Shown here: in pieces, positions 13,100-24,200 of the stretch
How positions within the stretch are numbered: the first letter of the stretch is position 1
Layout of the letters: each line of letters opens with the position of its first letter
From: Selaginella moellendorffii
Taxonomy: Eukaryota; Plantae; Lycopodiophyta
Reading direction: 5' to 3'
Length of the DNA stretch: 64,000 bases
Assembly (NCBI RefSeq): GCF_000143415.4
Contig: NW_003314438.1
Span: 62,001-126,000, forward strand
The notes under the pieces: model-generated
Database searches by the model: none
Told to the model about the DNA's origin: nothing
The model's input: only the letters and a program-made list of their open reading frames with translations
Translations under genes and position numbers: made by a program

Positions 13100-14350
13100 A
13101 AGCATTTGCCAATATCACTAGGTTTCTACCTTGTTTATGCAAGGCTACTACAAACTGGTTGAATTAATCCATCCTAAAGATCACGTCAAATCTCGCCATA
13201 TCTAAAACAGTGAGATCCATGTTCACTTTCTATATCCCTACTTTGACTCTTGCTTGTTGAAGTACCTATTAGTGATTTATCTACCTTGAACAAACTCTAT
13301 AGTCCTTGGTTCTTGCAACCACTACACTGTTAGTTTAACTTTTCAGACTATGTTTGTAGTCACAAATTATCTAAAGCATCCGTGTCAATAAGGATCTTAA
13401 CAATGCTACTTCCGAGATTCCCTCATAAGGTTAATAAATGTCGCAAACGACTCTCTACCAAAGTTTCTCATATAATGAATAACTTTGAGCTAAGGACTAG
13501 ATCACATATATCAATTTGAACTTCACCCAACTTAATGGCTATATTGACTTTAGCTTTCTTTGGATAGAGGCATTCTCTTGAGAAGTGTCCTACTTCATTA
13601 CAATTGAAATATATATTATTCCTCATGCTGCTAGTAAACTTGGTTTTCTTAATGTTGCATTTGTCTCTTTTCGTTTGACTCCCCTACGTATTTACTCTCT
13701 AGCCACCGAATCTAACTTTCTAAAATCCTAAAGACCCATTCTTAAAAAAATTCTTCATGAATTTTCCTTTTCCATATGTCCCTTTTGGTTTGGATCCCTT
13801 GCTAAACATAGACCCAAACTCATTTTTGTTCCCTTTTGCAAGTTATAATTGAAATGCATTTTAACAGCCACATCCAATTTTTTCTTATAGTTGGTTGGGT
13901 TCTAGTGCATCACCTTGCCCCAATCCTAAGTCTACAATTCTATGTGAATGTGTTCATGACCAAGAGGATCCTTATCACTGATATGGGTGATATGGATGCA
14001 TTCAATGCATTTATCTACTCTTGAATGGCTTTTGTCTACTTTAACCTATTCAGCTCATCCTTTAGGTGTAAAGTAACATTTGGGGTAACATAAGTTACAC
14101 GGATTCTCACCTTCATCACTTCCTAAGTGGTCACCAATCCTTTCCTTAGTTTCTATCATTTTCCACCAAGATTTAACATTATTTGCTAAGTATGGTTTGG
14201 CATATAAAACCTTTTCCAAGCTTGGTAATTGCAACATTTGGAAGTAATCTTCTATATCATAAAACCAATCCTTTACCACTTTATAATCATTCACTCCCTT
14301 GAAGATTAGTGGGGCTTTTGGTTTATATTTGGGAACTACTTGGGGGATTC
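13100..14350 (-). pseudogene. gag/protease remnant of the host gypsy element
   Basis: Retrotransposon gag-like ORF 14055-14294, decayed CCHC knuckle and DTG-like protease motif, all interrupted by stops. Confidence 0.75.
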
Positions 14351-14403
14351 ACTCCACTTTGGTTTGCTTGACCTTATCTAGTCCTGTCTTAATGCCCGCA
14401 CAC

Positions 14404-14838
14404 TGGGAAGTTTAGATTCAAGAGTTTACATTTGATATCAAAGTGGTCTCGGGTTTGACTCTGTTAATTGAATAAAAGAATTATACCACATGTTAAAATT
14501 AACATTTGGCATGTCTAGTTTGTCTCCAGTTGAACTCAATTTAAGGGGTAGGGTGTCAAAAGAGTGGAGCTCTCGAGAAAGCTATGCCTCTCAGCTTTCG
14601 TTTACGAGGGTGTGAACTTTTTAAAAAGTGTGATGGATTGTAAACAACCAAAAAGAACAACTTAAAAAATGATCTATAAAGGTTTAAATATAGAGGAAAA
14701 AAGCTTATAAATAGAAAAGCATCTCTTTTTCTAATTGGTTAAGTGTCTTGGGATACTTAAGGTAAGTGTCCTTAGGTTTGAATAGTGTTAAATTGGATAA
14801 CCTCTCAAGAAGTCTAAATTTCTAAGTTTAAGTTTACA
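14404..14838 (+). mobile_element. Second Cassandra-like TRIM, 5' LTR truncated
   Basis: LTR tail ends at 14430, PBS-like TGATATCAAAG at 14433, interior homologous to the reverse complement of 5046-5252, PPT AAAAAGTGTGATGGAT, and a full 3' LTR 14639-14838 with the 5S-like segment. Confidence 0.8.
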
Positions 14839-14846
14839 CTATATTA

Positions 14847-14870
14847 AAGCTCTATTTCGTTAAAGTGGGA
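14847..14870 (+). repeat. Left terminal inverted repeat
   Basis: Exact reverse complement of 31355-31378. Confidence 0.93.
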
Positions 14871-15535
14871 TTTATTCAGTAAAATGGGACTAGGTACAAA
14901 TTTTCAAGTATTTGAAAATGACGTGAAATTATATGTTTTTTGTCCAGGGGCTAGACATATCTGGGGCATGGTGACTAACGCGGTGACTTTGTGTCCAAAC
15001 TGAGTCCATCTGGTTGTATAATAAATCTCATTGTCAAGGTGAACAAGCCGAATCTGAAGCTAAAGAAGAGCGATGGCATGCGCGCACACACTATTTGTTT
15101 GTTCATTGAGCGTGTGGTGAGCTTTCCAAGATGAACGTCATTCCTATTAGCCAGACATATAACTTAATGGTGAGAACATTTAGATATTATTCAATGTTAT
15201 CTTTTTCTAACGAATCTAATTGTGAAGGTGTAGCAAGAGGCATTGCTAGTCTGGAGAAGTCATTTAACTCATTTGACCCTTAGTGTATTTTCATGAAACT
15301 AAATAACATTCATATTATTAAGGAATTTCTCTAGTACCTTTTTTTTACGACATAGAGGCTTGCATTTCTTTCAAAGGTGATTTAGTAAAAGGCCTGAGGG
15401 CACATGCCATTCTATTTCTCAGACCAGTATTAAGATATACTAGTGCAAAGGGCCACATGCCATCACGCCTCCTCTGATTCAGATTCGGATTGTTCACCTT
15501 GAAATAAAATACATTAGAAACTTAGTAAAGGAATA

Positions 15536-18500
15536 TTAAATCTCACCTTGAACCCGGGTTATGAATGCTCTTGCTGCATCTCTTGCATGGTCTGGCAAGG
15601 TGATGGTGGCACTCTGCTTCCGCATCCAACCATGCACAACATTATCCACCGATATGCTCATGCTGGGATCCCTTGGATTCAGCACCCATCTCTTTTCTAG
15701 GCAATCCTTCGTATATCCGGAACTTGGCTTGAACCACTCCACAGTTACATTGAAGGAGTTAGTTTCCGCGTCCTCCTTTGCATCAGTGATGCAGCGCCCC
15801 ACCCATATCATTTGTTTTTTATTACTGGGTCTAACAAGCACGACCATTCCTTTGCAGACTTGTACTGGATTGAATGCTGAATCCGGCTTCTTGTTCCTCG
15901 GCCCACAATAGTGATCCTCAACATCGTTATCTGTCACTGCATTTCCAGAGGACATTGTTTCGCTACTATCTGGTGCTCTGGGTTCTGGCCAAAAGGACTC
16001 TTCCAATTCTTCATATACAACCGGCCCATTTTGGATAGCAGATATAATCTTCTCCCAGTATTCGAGCAAAGGCTTGCACCTCTTAAAATAGGATTCTCCA
16101 CCAAACACCAACCCCCTCTTCCAGAAGGCAATATGCTGTCTAATCCCGGCCACTATACTTTCCTGGTCTTTGAGTCCATCCGGGTGCATTGGCCGTGGGG
16201 AACCCTGAGGAATCATAGGTTCCCCAGTTATGGGATCTCTCTTGAAGAGTTCAATGCCGTCCACTGGCAGCCACACTGTGTCCCATTCTCTCATCTTGTA
16301 CCTCATCACTGGAGCACCGTCACACATGCTGAAATGAAACTGAAGAGGCTTGGAGTGGCCAATCAGCGTTTCGGATCCGTCCCTGATGTAGCCTCTTACA
16401 AACCCCTTAAAGTCTGGAACCTCTGTCATAAGTGCAGCTTCAACAGTGCCTTTGATGCAATTTTGGAATTCATCGTAGAGTTGTGGGAGGGTGAGGACAT
16501 TGGATCGCCGGAGGGACTCTGCCAGGTGACTGAACATGGCATCGACGTCTTCATGAGTGTGCCCAACCATGAGAAAGCCAAGTGTAACAGTTTCAAATAT
16601 GCCTTTGGCAACAAGCATCGCCAAGTACGCGAAGACGTACATGTTTTTGTTCTCACTGCCAGCATTGTCTGTTTGGAGCAGAAGATGGGGTGGAAGGCCA
16701 CATCGGCCGCAAGAACTTCCTTGAGATTCTGCTTCGTTTGGATGAGGCTGTCCATTCACCGGGCGACCAGCCTCGTCGGAATGGCATGAGGCCTCACGTG
16801 ATAACCCTACAATCTGACGGCCAACATATTCACTGGGATGGCATGGGGCCCCACGCGATACTGCAAGCCTTTGCTCCTCCTCCAGCTGAACCCTGTATGG
16901 GGTTCGATCGACAAGGGCCTTATGCAAGGGTTGGCCGTTCAGCTCAGTCTGCGCACTTTGCAGAGACCTTAAGTGTTTTGCTAGGGACGCAATCATCATG
17001 TTTGCACCCCCGCCACCCCATAGAGGTACAAAGAAGTTCCCATAGTTCTGGGCACCATGCCCATGAGCGATTATGCCAAACAGAGACACAGGCAGCTGCA
17101 TGGATGAAGAGATTGCCTTGGGGGCAGGATTGAGTCCAGGTAAGCACGTCTTTTTCTGGTCCATTTTGTCGTGGATGATGCAGAGGTAAGAGTCAGGTCT
17201 CTCCATGGAAAGAATCCTGTTATGATAATATGCAGTCCTGCAGCTTCTCTGCTCGATGTTGTGGTCGAGCCGCCTTCTAACCAACGTCTCTCGCTCTTGA
17301 GCACTGCAAGAATTCTTCGACAAAGCCATTTTGATAGCAGTGCACTTGTCACACTTTGAAAAGCTGGAGTACTTTCCTATACTCACATCCCTGAACCTGT
17401 TGCTCCACAATCTACTAAATCTAGATTGGCTCAGCTTCCTGTAGCCATTACTCTGGAGTTCCCAATTCACATCTTCCAATATGGCCCCCTTGGTATACAT
17501 GGAAGGGAGAACTCGTTGGGTGTCTCGTGTTCCATCTTCCAAGAGGCGGGTTTTATGTGGTTGCTGCTCGCTATATGTCTCGACAAACCTCTTGAAGATT
17601 GCCTCTCCATATACAACATGACCCCTGGTTTTGTGCGTACCGTCGTTCCCATGGACTGCCTGTTGAACCCTTTGTTCCTCGAACTCAGTTTTGATTCTGT
17701 AGAATGTGGTTCGAGGGACTCCATAAATGATTCTCCATGCCTTCATGCAGACCAAACCCCTCTGGAAGACCATGCCCCCCACCTGATGTTCTGAAGCATC
17801 AACAGATGACCGTAATGCCTCATACACAAAATTGCGAGCTGCCTTCCAGGACAATGTCTTGTATCTTGCTCTCTCCTCTTCAATAGCATCCCAATCAGCA
17901 TGTTGACAGCACCTCCTCTTGCAACAAGCAACTGTCGAGACCATTCGAACCTCCATCGCCATTTTCTGCCTTTTCGGTTCGTTGCTCAGATCCCTTTGGC
18001 TGCGCTGTAGGAAGGTGTACTTTCTTTTCCCATGAAGAGATGTTCTGTCATCAGTTGTAGTGGTGTTTGATTGTGAATCCTTCACATTCTCAAACACTAA
18101 ATGCCTCAATTTCCACCGCACAATGCTTCCAATAGTCAGACTGTTTTCTTCTGTGTCAACAACCTCTAAAATTGCAACTCCAATATCATCCCAGCCCAAT
18201 TCTTGATTAGCAACCGCATCTCTTGGATCGACAACTGTGGCTAAGCCCTCAGCTACCACCTCCCTCTCGGGGTTGTTTAGAAACACCTTTGCCTGAATCC
18301 ATGTAGCACGGTTCTTAAGATCCACGGAGGGAACATGCGTCGCACTTGTGCTGTCCCCAACATCTGCTTTCTTCTGCAGATTTTTCAAGGCAACAACAAC
18401 ATTTACCCCGACGACCATCTCTCCTCGTTCAATAGCGACCACATTCCCATCGAAGACAGTCTCTACTGATACAGCAGCATTGCCTTCCCCAAGCCTTTGA

Positions 18501-18601
18501 CAGTGTATAACAAAGTTCCGATCCATAGACACAAGGGTCCCTTTTGCAACTCTCTTCCCACCATTCAAAATGTAAACCTTTTCCCCAACCCTGAAGGCCA
18601 T
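15536..18601 (-). CDS. Sola1-like DDD transposase, 1021 aa, intact
   Basis: Motifs IIHDKMDQ, LQTDNAGSENKN and FLMVGHTHEDVDAMFS (putative catalytic Asp triad), plus CCxxxC, C-x(3)-WRIIYGV and FSKCDKC. Probable 5'-UTR intron 18903-18603 (GTATG...TTTCAG) ending 1 nt before the ATG. Confidence 0.85.
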   Translation of the reverse strand: MAFRVGEKVYILNGGKRVAKGTLVSMDRNFVIHCQRLGEGNAAVSVETVFDGNVVAIERGEMVVGVNVVVALKNLQKKADVGDSTSATHVPSVDLKNRATWIQAKVFLNNPEREVVAEGLATVVDPRDAVANQELGWDDIGVAILEVVDTEENSLTIGSIVRWKLRHLVFENVKDSQSNTTTTDDRTSLHGKRKYTFLQRSQRDLSNEPKRQKMAMEVRMVSTVACCKRRCCQHADWDAIEEERARYKTLSWKAARNFVYEALRSSVDASEHQVGGMVFQRGLVCMKAWRIIYGVPRTTFYRIKTEFEEQRVQQAVHGNDGTHKTRGHVVYGEAIFKRFVETYSEQQPHKTRLLEDGTRDTQRVLPSMYTKGAILEDVNWELQSNGYRKLSQSRFSRLWSNRFRDVSIGKYSSFSKCDKCTAIKMALSKNSCSAQERETLVRRRLDHNIEQRSCRTAYYHNRILSMERPDSYLCIIHDKMDQKKTCLPGLNPAPKAISSSMQLPVSLFGIIAHGHGAQNYGNFFVPLWGGGGANMMIASLAKHLRSLQSAQTELNGQPLHKALVDRTPYRVQLEEEQRLAVSRGAPCHPSEYVGRQIVGLSREASCHSDEAGRPVNGQPHPNEAESQGSSCGRCGLPPHLLLQTDNAGSENKNMYVFAYLAMLVAKGIFETVTLGFLMVGHTHEDVDAMFSHLAESLRRSNVLTLPQLYDEFQNCIKGTVEAALMTEVPDFKGFVRGYIRDGSETLIGHSKPLQFHFSMCDGAPVMRYKMREWDTVWLPVDGIELFKRDPITGEPMIPQGSPRPMHPDGLKDQESIVAGIRQHIAFWKRGLVFGGESYFKRCKPLLEYWEKIISAIQNGPVVYEELEESFWPEPRAPDSSETMSSGNAVTDNDVEDHYCGPRNKKPDSAFNPVQVCKGMVVLVRPSNKKQMIWVGRCITDAKEDAETNSFNVTVEWFKPSSGYTKDCLEKRWVLNPRDPSMSISVDNVVHGWMRKQSATITLPDHARDAARAFITRVQGEI

Positions 18602-19400
18602 TCTGAAAGTGCAGAAAAGAAGTTAAGACCATACAAAAAATGATTGGAGAATGGCCTAAATCATAACATACCAAATAGCATGAGGCCACATGCCATTATT
18701 CAAACATGCTATTGACACCCACGTGAAATTTCGCATTCACAAAATTGGCATGAGGCCTCATGCCATCTTGATATACACACAGCTGCAGGCAAGTAAAAAC
18801 ATACATGACAATACGCTAGCCATGAAATTGCAAGGGCCCAAGATGGCATGTGGCCTCATGCCATTTGTAAATGTGGTCCTAAACCATTCCATGGTGAACA
18901 TACCAGGAAGCACAAGTGCCGAATATCAAGAGGAAGCGGTAGCCACACCAAAGACAGTGCCGCTCGCAACACCGCAACTACTCGTAGCGCCGCTCGCAAC
19001 ACCGCAACTGCTCGTAGTGCCGCTCGCACAAACTGCCACTCGCATAAACTGCCGCTCGCAATGGCGCTCGCAATGCCGCAACCGCTTGTAGACGCATAAA
19101 CCACAGCTCACAACGCCGCTTACACAAGCAGCGCTCACTACGCTCAGCGGAACCAAGAACACGGCGCACAAAAATGATAGACCTAGGAATGAGTTCGAGA
19201 ATTCAAAAATAACACACGCTTGAACGTCACATCAAATCTTCTGACAAACCAGATCTTATGATTCCTCTGACAAATTTCAAACTGAGTAGCTTCTAGACTT
19301 TGCTGTCGGAGGTTGAACTTTGTCACATCATGTCCTTGCCTCGATCCAGCTGTGCCATGTCAGTGATTCGAACTTTGCCATGCCATGTCAGCGATCCGCG

Positions 19401-21258
19401 CCAAGATTATTCGCCGTGTAAAGGAATAATTATGCTGTGTGTGTACGTCCATTTATGGCAATATAAGGCCACATGCCATTCAAAGAATAATGCTAGTCGA
19501 GCATCTTTTGGTGCATTTTTGGGTTCAAAATTGCATGAGCCCACACGCTATAAAGTTTACCTGTACCAAAAATAGAAACAGCTTTATTTACTTGGGAATT
19601 TATATGGCTGAGGCATTTTTAAATTTACAAACACATGCCCTACTTACATTCCTTTGGTTGCTTAAAATTCAAAAATATTATAAACCTTTCTTTTTGCATT
19701 TTCAATGTTTTCAATTATGGTTTTTGATTTTCGCAGGACCAGCCTAGTAATCTATTTGCATCCCGTCATGTTTATAGCTAGCTTTCGTTTGTCCCCTTCG
19801 CTAGTCTGAGATACATCTGCTCGGCATCTGCCTCTTACAGCATTTGCCCAGAAAGGGCATCTTTCTTCACGCAGCATTTGCCACATGTTTAGGGTTAGGG
19901 TTTAGGGTTTAGGGTTTAGCAATTCAGTAGCTTGATAAACATGCAAATACAAAACTTGATGCAAAATCCTTTGATATGTCACAATGCCCCTAGGACCATA
20001 AATACATTTCAATAGAGAGGGTCCTTTCATTTCATAACTCCTTACGTAGATCTTGGTGAAACCAGAGTTAGTGAAGTTGGTTTCTTGTGATCCCGCATCT
20101 AATTGTGATGTCCCTTTGCAGTGTCGATGGAAAGGTCAATGCACACCAAACTGTAGAATCTTGGAGCAAAATAACGGTCGGATCTATGGCAAATGCCCCT
20201 GAAACATTGTAAGGCTCGTGTGGTCTCATGTGGTGTCCGATCGAGATGCTTCTTTGCAGGGTCATCAAGAAGGACATTGTATACCATTCTGTAAAATCTG
20301 GTTGCGATCTAACGGTTGGATCTCCAGGAAACTCAAAACAATCTCGCGCGTGTCAGAATATTCTAGGAATATACTCCTATGTGCTCCAAGATTATTCGCC
20401 GTGTAAAGGAATAATTATGCTGTGTCATTTATGGCAATATAAGGCCACACGCCATTCAAAGAATAATGCTAGTCGAGCATTTTTTGGTGCATTTTTGGGT
20501 TCAAAATTGCATGAGCCCACACGCTATAAAGTTTACCTGTACCAAAAATAGAAACAGCTTTATTTACTTGGGAATTTAAGTGGTTGAGGCATTTTTAAAC
20601 TTACAAACACATGCCCTACTTACATTCCTTTGGTTGCTTACATTCCTTTGGTTGCTAGCTTTCGTTTGTCCCCTTCACTAGCCTGAGATACATCTGCTCG
20701 GCATCTGCCTCTTACAGCATTTGCCCAGAAAGGGCATCTTTCTTCACGCAGCATTTGCCACATGTTTAGGGTTTAGGGTTTAGGGTTTAGCAATTCAGTA
20801 GCTTGATAAACATGCAAATACAGAACTTGATGCAAAATCCTTGGATATGTCACAATGCCCCTAGGACCATAAACACATTTCAATAGAGAGGGTCCTTTCA
20901 TTTCATAACTCCTTACGTAGATCTTGGTGAAACCAGAGTTAGTGAAGTTGGTTTCTTGTGATCCCGCATCTGATTGTGATGTCCCTTTGCAGTGTCGATG
21001 GAAAGGTCAATGCACACCAAACTGTAGAATCTTGGAGCAAAATAACGGTCGGATCTATGGCAAATGCCCCTGAAACATTGTAAGGCTCGTATGGTCTCAT
21101 GTGGTGTCTGATCGAGATGCTTCTTTGCACGGTCATCAAGAAGGACATTGTATACCATTCTGTAAAATCTGGTTGCGATCTAACGGTTGGATCTCCAGAA
21201 AACACAAAACAATCTCGCGCATGTCAGAATATTCTAGGAATATACTCCTATGTGCTCC
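19401..21258. repeat. ~0.9-1 kb tandem duplication in the transposon intergenic region
   Basis: Unit starting CCAAGATTATTCGCCGTGTAAAGG at 19401 and again at 20386; a third copy at ~23666-24537. Confidence 0.88.
19888..19919 (+). repeat. Short interstitial plant telomere repeat (TTTAGGG)n
   Basis: About 4 units here; further copies at 20765-20790 and 24044-24069. Confidence 0.88.
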
Positions 21259-24200
21259 TGAAAATGGCATGCGGCCCCACGCCATTCAAGAGATAACGCC
21301 AGATGACGCCGAGCATTTTTTGGTGCATTTTTTGGGATCAAAATTGCATGAGCCCACATGCTTGAACGTCAAAACTACTCCTTTGACAATTTATTTAGCT
21401 GAATATCTGGCATTTTTGGAAATACAAGATGCTTTGGAATATCCAATCATGCATGGTATAAATATAGCGAGGGTATTAAATGATATCCCAATCATGATCT
21501 TTCTTTTGGATTTCGCGTGCATGCAGTCCGAGGAATGATGACGTTGCGGATTTCTTTTGGATTTCACGCATGCGCGCGCCGATCCAGAAATTAATGGTGG
21601 CGCCCAAGTCCGAGAAATGATGACATGGCGGGATTACCAACCGTCGTGACATTTCACGCGTGTGAGGTTAGGTTTTGCATTTTGCTTCGTACTCGCGCTC
21701 GCACACTCGCGCTCGCATCGCGCTCCCACTCGCGCTCGCATCGCGCTCCCACTCGCGCTCGCATCGCACTCCCACTCGCGCTCCCACTTCTCTACAGGTT
21801 TCTTGTGTGCATCGGCGTCCACTCGCGCTTGCATCACACTCGCGCTCGCATCACGCTCGCATCGCGCTCGTGTGCATCGGCGTTTACTTCAAGACACACC
21901 CAGTTTGTAACTTTGCCGCCAACTCCGCCGCCCACTCCGCCACCCACACGCAGCCCACTTGGCGTCCCGGGAGATTTCAGCGCCACTCTCCAACTGTAAG
22001 TGGCAGAGTAGCCTTGCTGCTACGATCCGCTGCACACATAGTGCACATTCGCCAGCGAGTCCGGTTGTCACGCCTCCATTCGGCTTCAAATGGTAAGTCT
22101 TTTAGGCCAAGTAGAAAATGGCATGAGGCCACATGCCATTCAGTAGCAACATTGGCATGCACCGATTGGGCTCTCGAGTGCAGTCCGGTTACAGATGGCG
22201 TGTAGCCTCACGCCATCTTAGGATGCAGCCTCAAGACATCTGATGCAGTGGTGAATGGCGTGTGGCCTCACGTTATTTCCAGCTACTAGCTTTTCATCTG
22301 TCAGCTCTAATTGTTGTGCATTTCTGAACAGGCGAGGAATTGCGTTCTTCTTCCAGCCACTGTCAATGTGGATGCAGAGAAGGGGGAGGAGCTCACCAGT
22401 TGGACTTTCGGGATGGAAGGCAAGGATCTGAGGCTGTACAACACAGATGGTGGGAGAAAAGAATGCATGGGGATCCTCATCCAAGTGACAGACACTCCAT
22501 GCAGTTCCATGCAAGAATATGGACTGGCACTTGTGGTAGAGACAGTGTCTGCCTTCAAGATCCACCTTGCACATCCTAGCGGCTTCCCGGAGGGGGGCAG
22601 TGGCTATGAGGAATTCCTAGAGGGAGCTAGGGAGAGGTTGTCCAGGAGGCCCACAATTTCAAAGACGCTGCGGGTCTATGAAGATCACATGGAATCCACG
22701 GACCTCACCTACGGCGATGTTCAAAAACTATATTCCAACATTGAGCCGTTGAGAGTGACTCCAGTTCGCAAAGCAAAGGGGAAGGGGGTTGATCTGGAAA
22801 CTACCTCGAAGCAGAAAAGGGTGGTCAAGCTCAAGCCGACGTCCGACTCTCCTGCTCCAAAAAAGAAGCTACTCAGTGATGCCATTGCCTCGGGTTCGAA
22901 CACTACACCCACCAAAAAGAAGAGCCGCAAAGAGCAGAAAGAGCAAGAAGAGGCAGCAAAAATCGTCGCAGATAATAGTACTTGTTACTATTCCAACAAA
23001 GTATATACAATCGACGTGAGCCGTATCGACATCCAAAGCAAATACAACCACAGGCTAGTATCTGATGAGTGGGTGGAGAAATTGAAGCAGAAGATGCTGG
23101 CAAGTCCAGTAACACCCGACATCGCAGACGTGATCCCCTACTACCAAAAAATGAAGGGCGAGATGAGGTTTCCAGACTTGATCAATAGGAAGGTGTTGGA
23201 CGATCAGAACATCCGGTTCTATGCCGTCTCCGGGCAGCATTCTAGCTTGGCGATGCAAGAGATAGTTGTGGATATTATGGTGGGCGAGGAGGTGAAGAAA
23301 GTCTTCAAGACAAGAGTTGTCCGCCTGATAAAAGGCAACTCGCCCCTCCGATCTATCATATACATCTCCCACGCGCAGAATGTCAAGCAAGAAACGTGCT
23401 ACAAATCGGGTCTGCACGAGACATTGGCACGAACACGGAAGCTCTGGGTTCAACTGAAGAAGCCACAAAAACCAGGACAAGGACGTGCACTAGCAACTAG
23501 CGCCTGGCAGGTTGTCCGATCGAGATGCTTCTTTGCAGGGTCATCAAGAAGGACATTATATACCATTCTGTAAAATCTGGTTGCGATCTAACGGTTGGAT
23601 CTCCAGGAAACTCAAAACAATCTCGCGCGTGTCAGAATATTCTAGGAATATACTCCTATGTGCTCCAAGATTATTCGCCGTGTAAAGGAATAATTATGCT
23701 GTGTCATTTATGGAAATATAAGGCCACACGCCATTCAAAGAATAATGCTAGTCGTGCATTTTTTGGTGCATTTTTGGGTTCAAAATTACATGAGCCCACA
23801 CGCTATAAAGTTTACCTGTACCAAAAATAGAAACAGCTTTATTTATTTGGGAATTTAAGTGGTTGAGGCATTTTTAAACTTACAAACACATGCCCTACTT
23901 ACATTCCTTTGGTTGCTTACATTCCTTTGGTTGCTAGCTTTCGTTTGTCCCCTTCACTAGCCTGAGATACATCTGCTCGGCATCTGCCTCTTACAGCATT
24001 TGCCCAGAAAGGGCATCTTTCTTCACGCAGCATTTGCCACATGTTTAGGGTTTAGGGTTTAGGGTTTAGCAATTCAATAGCTTGATAAACATGCAAATAC
24101 AGAACTTGATGCAAAATCCTTGGATATGTCACAATGCCCCTAGGACCATAAACACATTTCAATAGAGAGGGTCCTTTCATTTCATAACTCCTTACGTAGA

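Larger units (their letters stand above)
1..14400 (-). mobile_element. Old, decayed Ty3/gypsy LTR retrotransposon (host of the nested insertions); boundaries approximate
   Basis: Minus-strand remnants lie in gag-PR-RT-IN order: gag 14294-14055 (KDWFYDIEDYF...KSWW), zinc knuckle ~13610-13565 (YFNCNEVGHFSREC), protease ~13395-13375 (ILIDTDA), RT 4369-4148 (MFFGLCNAPTMF...YIDKILIY), integrase region ~3400-3990. A PPT-like tract at 2483-2497 abuts a CA end at 2482, so 1-2482 is probably its 3' LTR. Confidence 0.75.

Noticed and set aside
14837-14870. CACTA-superfamily assignment (CACTA occurs at 14837-14841 and the transposase has TNP1-like repeats)
   Set aside because: There is no matching TAGTG at the other end. 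The real TIR starts AAGCTC with a 4-bp TSD, and the catalytic motifs are not Transposase_21/TnpD type.
15911-17794. Plus-strand ORFs of up to 292 aa overlapping the transposase
   Set aside because: Antisense shadows of a long coding sequence with no motifs.
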